NCBI RefSeq assembly: GCF_014251775.1 | Contig: NZ_CP059199.1 | Coordinates: 150,001-182,000 of the forward strand | Direction of reading: 5' to 3' | DNA length: 32,000 bases | DNA from: Candidatus Saccharimonadota bacterium | GTDB taxonomy: Bacteria; Bacteroidota; Bacteroidia; Flavobacteriales; Blattabacteriaceae | Shown here: positions 26,669-32,000 of the stretch, in pieces | How the letters are laid out: the number at the start of each line of letters is the position of its first letter | Position numbering within the stretch: the stretch's first letter is position 1 | Notes under the pieces: generated by a model | Seen by the model: only the letters and a program-made list of their open reading frames with translations | Databases searched by the model: none | Told to the model about the DNA's origin: nothing | Position numbers and translations under genes: made by a program

Positions 26669-28024
26669 TCAAAACATATCTTTTTTATCCATTATTTTGG
26701 ATAAAAAATCTTTTATCATATTGTTCCCTGAAGTAGGATTAATATTTTTCATTATTTTATTCATTCCATTAAAATTTTTTAGAAAAATATCTATTTCTTT
26801 TAAAGAAATTCCAGAACCTTTAGAGATCCTTTTTTTTCTACTAATTCCAGATGCTGAAGAGAATATATTTGGATTATTTCTTTCGTAAGGAGTCATAGAT
26901 AAAATGATTGACTCTATCCTTTTAAAGGATACTATTTTATCATCTAAAAAAAATTTATTTCCTATACCCGGAATCATAGAAATTATATTTTTTATATTTC
27001 CTATTTTTCTTATTCTCTTTATCTGATCTAAAAAATCATAAAAATTAAATTGATTATCTGAAATCTTTTTATAAATTTTTTTGGTACTTTTTTCATCAAA
27101 TTGTTCTTGTACCTTTTCAACTAAAGTGACAACATCCCCCATTCCTATAATCCGATTAGCCATTCTATCAGGATAGAATATTTCTATATCTTCTATTTTT
27201 TCCCCAATACTTATAAATTTAATAGGTTTTTTAATTATACTAGAAATAGTTAAAGCCACACCTCCTTTACTATCTCCATCTAATTTTGTAATGACACAAC
27301 CATTAATGTTTAATGTTTTTGAGAAAATTTTAGCAGTATTTACTCCATCTTGTCCAGTCATAGAATCTACTACCAATAAAGTTTCACTAGGATGGAAAGT
27401 ATTATGAATATTCTTAATTTCATCCATCATAAAACGATCTACTCCTAACCTACCAGCTGTATCAATAATTATTATATTTTTATTATTAGTAGTAGCATAA
27501 CTAATTGATTGATTTATAATATCTAATACATTATTATTATCTTTTAAAGAAAATACTGGAATATTAATTTTTTTTGCTAATGCATTTAATTGATCTATAG
27601 CAGCAGGACGATAAACATCTGCAGATACTAAAATAGGATTATTCCCTTTCTTTTTTAAAAAGAATGCGAGTTTAGAAGAAAAAGATGTTTTTCCACTTCC
27701 TTGTAATCCACATATTAAAATAATAGAAGTTTTTTTTGAAATATTTATTCCTATATTTTTTCCTCCCATTATTTGAACTAATTCATCATATACAGATTTA
27801 ATAATTATTTGTTTGGGATTCAAAGAGCTAAAAATTTTTTTTCCAATAGATTTATCTCTAACTTTTTTAATAAAATTTTTTACTATTTCATGATTTACAT
27901 CTGAATCTATCAGAGCTTTTCCAATATCTTTTAATACAATAGAGATATTAATCTCTGTTACTTTATTATCCCCTTTTAAAATATAAAAAGCTTTGTTAAT
28001 TTTTTCTTGTAAATTTTTAAACAT
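26669..28024 (-). CDS. ffh: Signal recognition particle protein (Ffh)
   Basis: 451 aa. N domain, then G domain (GLQGSGKTS, DTAGR, TKLDGDSKGG), then M domain (MIPGIGN...). Confidence 0.96.
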   Translation of the reverse strand: MFKNLQEKINKAFYILKGDNKVTEINISIVLKDIGKALIDSDVNHEIVKNFIKKVRDKSIGKKIFSSLNPKQIIIKSVYDELVQIMGGKNIGINISKKTSIILICGLQGSGKTSFSSKLAFFLKKKGNNPILVSADVYRPAAIDQLNALAKKINIPVFSLKDNNNVLDIINQSISYATTNNKNIIIIDTAGRLGVDRFMMDEIKNIHNTFHPSETLLVVDSMTGQDGVNTAKIFSKTLNINGCVITKLDGDSKGGVALTISSIIKKPIKFISIGEKIEDIEIFYPDRMANRIIGMGDVVTLVEKVQEQFDEKSTKKIYKKISDNQFNFYDFLDQIKRIRKIGNIKNIISMIPGIGNKFFLDDKIVSFKRIESIILSMTPYERNNPNIFSSASGISRKKRISKGSGISLKEIDIFLKNFNGMNKIMKNINPTSGNNMIKDFLSKIMDKKDMF

Positions 28025-28042
28025 AATAATTTTTAGTTTTTT

Positions 28043-29806
28043 TTACATATGATCAACCATATTTATACCTAATAAGTTCATACCAATTTTTAAAATATTT
28101 CCAATAATATGGATTATATTCATATATATATTACTATAAATGATATTTAACGGATCTATTAATTTTTTTTCTTGATATAAATGATTGAATTTTTTAGATA
28201 ATTCATAAATATAATTAGCTAATAAAGATGGATTCAAATTATCAGCTGATTTTACCATAATTATTGGATATTTTTGAATAGTATTAATAACATTTTTTTC
28301 ACAATCGTCTAATATAATATTATTCCATCTATAATTTATGAAAAAACATGATTTAAAAAAATTTTTTTCTAAAGAACGAATTCTAGAATAAGTATACTGA
28401 ATATAAACTCCAGTTTTTCCTTTAAAATCTATAGATTTAATTGGATTGAAAATAATTTTCTTTTTTGGATCTATTTGTAAAAAGTAATATTTCAATGCAC
28501 TTAATCCTACTTGTTTATAACAAATTTTTTCTCCTTTTTTTTTATTAAAAATTAAATATTTTTGAGAAAATTTATTTTTTGCAGTATGAATTATCTTTGA
28601 AAGAAGATCATCTATATTCACAACATTTCCTATTCTAGATTGCATTTTACCACTAGGTAAAAAAACCATTTCATATGACAAATGAAATAATTTTTTTACC
28701 CAAGAAAAACCTAATCGATTTAAAATACTAAAAAGTATATTAAAATGATTCTCTTGTTCTTTACCGACAATATAAATCATTTTATCTATTTTAAATTCTT
28801 TAAAACGTTTTATAGCAGTTCCTATATCTTGAGTAAGATATACAGATGTTTTATCATCTCGTAATAAAAGTTTAAAATTATAACCTTCTTTTGTTAAATC
28901 TATCCAAATAGATCCATCTTCTTTTTTAAAAAAAATTCCCCTTTTTAGTCCTTTAATTATAATTTTTTTTCCAAAATTATATATATCACTTTCATATTCG
29001 GTATGATCAAATTTTATTCCAATTTTTTCATAAGTTTTTTTAAACCCCTCATAAACCCATTTATTCATTTTTCTCCATATATCTCTAGTAGTAGAATCAC
29101 CATTCTCCCATTTTATTAATAATTCTCTAGCTTTTTTTAAAATAGGAACTTCATTTTTTCTAAATTTTTTTATTTCTTCATTATATATTTTTTCGAATAA
29201 ATTATAATATTTTCCAACAAAATGATCGCCTTTCATTTTAATTTTTTTTGGACTTTCTCTATCTCCAAATTTTTTCCAAGCTATCATAGATTTACAAATA
29301 TGTATTCCTCTGTCATTTATTATTTGAACTTGTATAACGTTATGTCCAATCATTTTTAATATATTAGAAATAGATGATCCAATTAACATATTTCTTAAAT
29401 GACCTAAATGAAGTGGTTTATTAGCATTTGGAGAAGAATATTCTATGAGAATATTCTTTTTTTGACAAAAATTAAATTTATAAATAAAATCTAAATTGGA
29501 TATTTTTCTAAGAATAAAAAGATAATAATCATTATGAAAAAAAAAATTTAAAAATCCTTTAATAACAGAAAATTTAATTAATCCATTAAATTTTTTTTTT
29601 ACATATTTTCCTATATTTTCTCCTATATCTTTTATAGATATAGAATTTCCAATTCTATTATAAATAGGAAATAATATTAAAGATATATCCCATGTATGAT
29701 TTTTTTTAGGGTATTGAAAATTTAGTTGAATATTATCAATTTTATATAATAAAAATATTGCTTTTATCGTTACTTCTTCCACTGATTGGAATTGATGATT
29801 ATCCAT
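28043..29806 (-). CDS. argS: Arginyl-tRNA synthetase
   Basis: 587 aa. Class I HIGH region SSPNANKPLHLGHLRN, a KMSK-like segment GKMQSRIG, and a C-terminal DALR-type anticodon-binding region ending in M. Confidence 0.93.
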   Translation of the reverse strand: MDNHQFQSVEEVTIKAIFLLYKIDNIQLNFQYPKKNHTWDISLILFPIYNRIGNSISIKDIGENIGKYVKKKFNGLIKFSVIKGFLNFFFHNDYYLFILRKISNLDFIYKFNFCQKKNILIEYSSPNANKPLHLGHLRNMLIGSSISNILKMIGHNVIQVQIINDRGIHICKSMIAWKKFGDRESPKKIKMKGDHFVGKYYNLFEKIYNEEIKKFRKNEVPILKKARELLIKWENGDSTTRDIWRKMNKWVYEGFKKTYEKIGIKFDHTEYESDIYNFGKKIIIKGLKRGIFFKKEDGSIWIDLTKEGYNFKLLLRDDKTSVYLTQDIGTAIKRFKEFKIDKMIYIVGKEQENHFNILFSILNRLGFSWVKKLFHLSYEMVFLPSGKMQSRIGNVVNIDDLLSKIIHTAKNKFSQKYLIFNKKKGEKICYKQVGLSALKYYFLQIDPKKKIIFNPIKSIDFKGKTGVYIQYTYSRIRSLEKNFFKSCFFINYRWNNIILDDCEKNVINTIQKYPIIMVKSADNLNPSLLANYIYELSKKFNHLYQEKKLIDPLNIIYSNIYMNIIHIIGNILKIGMNLLGINMVDHM

Positions 29807-29813
29807 TATATTT

Positions 29814-30866
29814 TTATTTTAATAAGACTCTCCATCCAAAAGGATCTTCTGATAAATTATGTTGTATGTCTAAAAGCTTTTTTTTTAATTTAAGTGATAA
29901 TCTATCATGTTTTTGTAAATTAGGTAATTCGAAATTAGTTCCTTTATAATGAATCATTTTAAAAAAACTAACAACAGCCGCAGTTCCACATCCAAATGCC
30001 TCTTTTAAATAACCTTTCTTTAATCCTTCTATTATTTCTAAAACACTTAAATCTCTCTTTTCTACTTTAATTTTTTCTCTTTCTGCTATAGAAAGTATGC
30101 TTTTGCAAGTAATTCCATTTAATATGTTTTCATTAGGTTTTGGAGTAACTAATTTATTTTTTAACCAAAAAACTACATTCATAGTTCCTGACTCTTCTAT
30201 TTTTGTATGAGTAGAAGAATCGGTCCAAAGAATTTGATCAAATCCTTCTTCATTTGCTAATCTAGTTGGATAAAAAGAAGAAGCATAATTTCCGGCAGCT
30301 TTAGTAAATCCTACTCCTCCTGAAGCAGAACGACTATATTTCTCTTCTATTTTTATTTTTAAAGGATTTTTATAATAAGTATCTACTGGTGTAGATATTA
30401 TCATAAACATATAATCTTTAGATGGTTTAGCAGAAAGAATTCCATTTGTTGCTATTAAAAACGGACGAATATATAAAGATTGTCCATAATTATTGGGAAT
30501 CCAATCTCTATCTATATCTATTAATTTTTTTAATCCATTCATAAATATATCCTTGGGAAGGGGAGGCATTTCTAAACGAATAGCAGATTTATTAAATCTT
30601 CTAAAATTATCTTCTGGACGAAATAAAAAAACTTTATTTTTTCTATCTTTATAAGCTTTCATTCCTTCAAAAACTGCCTGTCCATAATGAAATACTAAAG
30701 AAATAGGAGATATCATTATATTTCCGAATGGTTTAATAACAGAGTTTTTCCATTTACCATTTTTAAATTCAGAACAAAACATGTGATCTGAATAAAAATT
30801 TCCAAATTTAATTTTATCAAAATTAACTTTTTTTATCCTTGAATATGATATTTTTTTTATTTTCAT
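29814..30866 (-). CDS. ilvE: Branched-chain amino acid aminotransferase (fold type IV)
   Basis: 350 aa. Motifs YGQAVFEGMKAY, LYIRPF, VGFTKAAGNYASS, EESGTMNVVF, GCGTAAVV. Confidence 0.92.
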   Translation of the reverse strand: MKIKKISYSRIKKVNFDKIKFGNFYSDHMFCSEFKNGKWKNSVIKPFGNIMISPISLVFHYGQAVFEGMKAYKDRKNKVFLFRPEDNFRRFNKSAIRLEMPPLPKDIFMNGLKKLIDIDRDWIPNNYGQSLYIRPFLIATNGILSAKPSKDYMFMIISTPVDTYYKNPLKIKIEEKYSRSASGGVGFTKAAGNYASSFYPTRLANEEGFDQILWTDSSTHTKIEESGTMNVVFWLKNKLVTPKPNENILNGITCKSILSIAEREKIKVEKRDLSVLEIIEGLKKGYLKEAFGCGTAAVVSFFKMIHYKGTNFELPNLQKHDRLSLKLKKKLLDIQHNLSEDPFGWRVLLK

Positions 30867-30898
30867 ATATATTTTTTCATATATACATTAAAATATTA

Positions 30899-30906
30899 CA
30901 AATTTA
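30899..30906 (-). promoter_or_regulatory. Candidate -7 box (TAAATTTG) upstream of ilvE
   Basis: The minus strand reads TAAATTTG in the 59-bp E1/ilvE spacer. There are 32 nt to the ilvE ATG at 30866. Confidence 0.3.
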
Positions 30907-30925
30907 AATGAATGAAATAATTTAT

Positions 30926-32000
30926 TTATGAATTTTCATTCATCATTTCTAAAACTTTTTCTACAATATCTTCTATAGACGGTTTAGAAAAATAATCTCC
31001 ATCTGATCCATATGGGGGTCTATGTTCTTTAGCAGTTATTGTAACCGGAGGATAATCTAAATGATAATATCCTTTTTGACATTCTAATATATTTTGTAAT
31101 ATATACGCAGAAGCACCTCCAGGGACATCTTCATCTACTATTAATAATCTATTAGTTTTTTTTAAACTTTTTACTATATCTTTTTTTATATCAAACGGTA
31201 ATAAAGATTGAACATCAATAATTTCAGAATCTATATTAAATTTAGATAATTCTTTAACTGCATTATTTACAATTCTCCAGGTAGAACCATAAGTTACTAT
31301 CGTAATATCTTTACCTATTCTTGTTTTTTCTACTATTCCAATAGGAGTTTTAAAATTACCGAGATTACTCGGTAATATTTCTTTTATTCTATATCCATTA
31401 AGACATTCAATAACTAAAGCTGGATCATCTAAAGACAATAATGTATTATAAAAACCAGCTGCTTTAACCATATTTCTAGGAACTAATATTAAAATTCCTC
31501 TTAGATAATTAATAATTCCTCCCATAGGAGAACCAGAATGCCATATTCCTTCTAAGCGGTGCCCTCTGGTTCTAATAATTAATGGGGATTTTTGCCCCCC
31601 TCTTGTTCTATATTGTAAACATGCCAAATCATCACTAATAATTTGTAAAGCATAAAGAAGATAATCGACGTATTGTATTTCAACTATAGGACGTAATCCC
31701 CGCATAGCTAATCCGATCCCTTGTCCTATAATAGTAGATTCTCTTATTCCTGTATCAAAAACACGGGTTTTACCATATTTTTTTTGTAACCCTTCCAATC
31801 CTTTATTTACATCTCCCATTCTTCCAACATCTTCTCCAAAGATTAAAAGATCCGGATATAATTCTAATAATTTATCAAAATTATCTCTTAAAATAATTCT
31901 ACCGTCTACTTTTAATGATCTCCAATTATATATGGGAAAAACTTCATTCATTCTTTTCAATGAATGTTTAGAGCTACTATACAAATGTGAAGAATAATTT
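30926..32000 (-). CDS. 2-oxoacid (branched-chain type) dehydrogenase E1, beta/transketolase-like part; probably the C-terminal half of a fused alpha-beta E1 continuing beyond the window
   Basis: Motifs LIFGEDVGRMGDVNKGLEGLQKKYGKTRVFDTGIRESTIIGQGIGLAMRGLRPIVEIQYVDYL and a C-terminal transketolase-C-like domain. The frame stays open from the track's TTG (31984) to the window edge. An internal ATG at 31951 could instead start a stand-alone beta subunit. Confidence 0.78.
   Translation of the reverse strand, partial: NYSSHLYSSSKHSLKRMNEVFPIYNWRSLKVDGRIILRDNFDKLLELYPDLLIFGEDVGRMGDVNKGLEGLQKKYGKTRVFDTGIRESTIIGQGIGLAMRGLRPIVEIQYVDYLLYALQIISDDLACLQYRTRGGQKSPLIIRTRGHRLEGIWHSGSPMGGIINYLRGILILVPRNMVKAAGFYNTLLSLDDPALVIECLNGYRIKEILPSNLGNFKTPIGIVEKTRIGKDITIVTYGSTWRIVNNAVKELSKFNIDSEIIDVQSLLPFDIKKDIVKSLKKTNRLLIVDEDVPGGASAYILQNILECQKGYYHLDYPPVTITAKEHRPPYGSDGDYFSKPSIEDIVEKVLEMMNENS

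Noticed and set aside
1376-29949. Other short antisense track ORFs: 1376-1612, 2010-2207, 13343-13579, 18270-18482, 18597-18782, 26697-26888, 29758-29949
   Set aside because: Each lies wholly opposite a strongly supported gene or gene junction (purM, purM, the Nif3-like gene, tsaC/dapD, dapD, ffh, argS/ilvE). All are 61-78 aa with no recognisable motifs. I treat them as non-coding shadows.
1-32000. CRISPR arrays, transposases or integrases, phage genes, toxin-antitoxin or restriction/defence systems, tRNA/rRNA genes, and a reassigned UGA codon
   Set aside because: Essentially every base is accounted for by conserved housekeeping genes, and the largest unexplained spacers are 133-135 bp. I saw no spaced direct repeats. 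All conserved proteins are full length under the standard bacterial code, so there is no sign of UGA recoding in this window.

Overview
Very AT-rich window (by eye about 20-25% G+C) with extreme gene density. I call 30 protein-coding genes. Most spacers are under 35 bp and there is one tail-to-tail overlap. I found no rRNA, tRNA or ncRNA gene, no mobile element, no CRISPR array and no recognisable defence or toxin locus. The proteins are Lys/Ile/Asn-enriched but keep their catalytic motifs. Gene content and family-level sequence resemblance suggest a reduced Flavobacteriales (Bacteroidota) insect endosymbiont, Blattabacterium-like; this is inference and was not checked by any search. Gene order: purF(5' partial)-purM-purN-purH-purD-guaA (+); accD, fbaA (-); a UvrD/AddA-like helicase (+); lipA (-); Nif3-like, COG1579 coiled-coil protein, thioredoxin-like protein (+); nrnA-like, cca, tsaC, dapD (-); ruvX, def (+); then one long minus-strand run of rplT, rpmI, infC, thrS, glpF, glpK, glpD, ffh, argS, ilvE and the beta-like half of a 2-oxoacid dehydrogenase E1 that runs off the window edge. 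I did not find convincing evidence of a novel multi-gene system; this looks like core endosymbiont housekeeping DNA. Points worth a second look: (1) ThrRS lacks the whole N-terminal TGS/editing region; (2) infC has no canonical start codon and is missed by the ORF track; (3) two proteins that normally carry Cys4 zinc ribbons (COG1579 protein, AccD) have none of the cysteines; (4) the first NPA box of GlpF reads NPC; (5) the AddA/RecB-like helicase has no nuclease domain or partner here; (6) long in-frame homopolymers include an A15 run inside def; (7) TAnnTTTG (Bacteroidota -7 box) matches sit in five of the few sizeable spacers, correctly oriented.
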